NCBI GenBank assembly: GCA_963924565.1
Contig: OZ004615.1
Span: forward strand, 20,460,001-20,524,000
DNA: 64,000 nucleotides
Reading direction: 5' to 3'
DNA from: Ascidiella aspersa
Lineage: Eukaryota
Shown: piece by piece, positions 63,944 through 64,000 of the stretch
Numbering within the stretch: position 1 is the first letter of the stretch
Layout: each line of letters begins with the position of its first letter
The notes under the pieces: generated by a model
Seen by the model: the letters and a program-made list of their open reading frames with translations, nothing else
Told to the model about the DNA's origin: nothing
Databases searched by the model: none
Made by a program: the position numbers and the translations under genes

Positions 63944-64000
63944 CTTAAAGGGGATCCATTTAAGAAACAATCATAGGCCAATGCTTGCTACATTCTGTTA

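Overview
Eukaryotic, AT-rich, intron-containing DNA. A marine invertebrate chordate (ascidian-like) source is an inference from composition, intron size and repeat types. The window is a head-to-tail tandem array of clan-2 (CYP2-like) cytochrome P450 genes, all on the minus strand. I traced six complete 9-exon genes (G1 527-5160, G2 12128-16394, G3 21773-26101, G4 29925-36062, G5 40235-44823, G6 48401-54963) and a seventh cut by the window edge (G7, exons 3-9). Exon sizes are about 294/146/109/110/122/119-125/145/164/312-315, all introns are GT-AG, and the phases are 0,2,0,2,1,0,1,0. G1-G5 form one subfamily (AGSET, FSIGPRFCLG) and G6-G7 a second (AGTDT, FSIGSRYCVG). Extra pieces: an orphan but fully open exon 6-9 module behind G3, orphan exon-1 copies (one gives an intact 56-aa anchor-only ORF), leftover partial-exon duplicates that look like chimeric junctions, and degraded relics. 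Introns and spacers hold many hAT-type MITEs with 8-bp TSDs, a Harbinger-like MITE, tRNA-derived SINEs, and four inverted-repeat Penelope-like elements built around minimal hammerhead-ribozyme cores. All coordinates were read by eye and may be off by a few bases.
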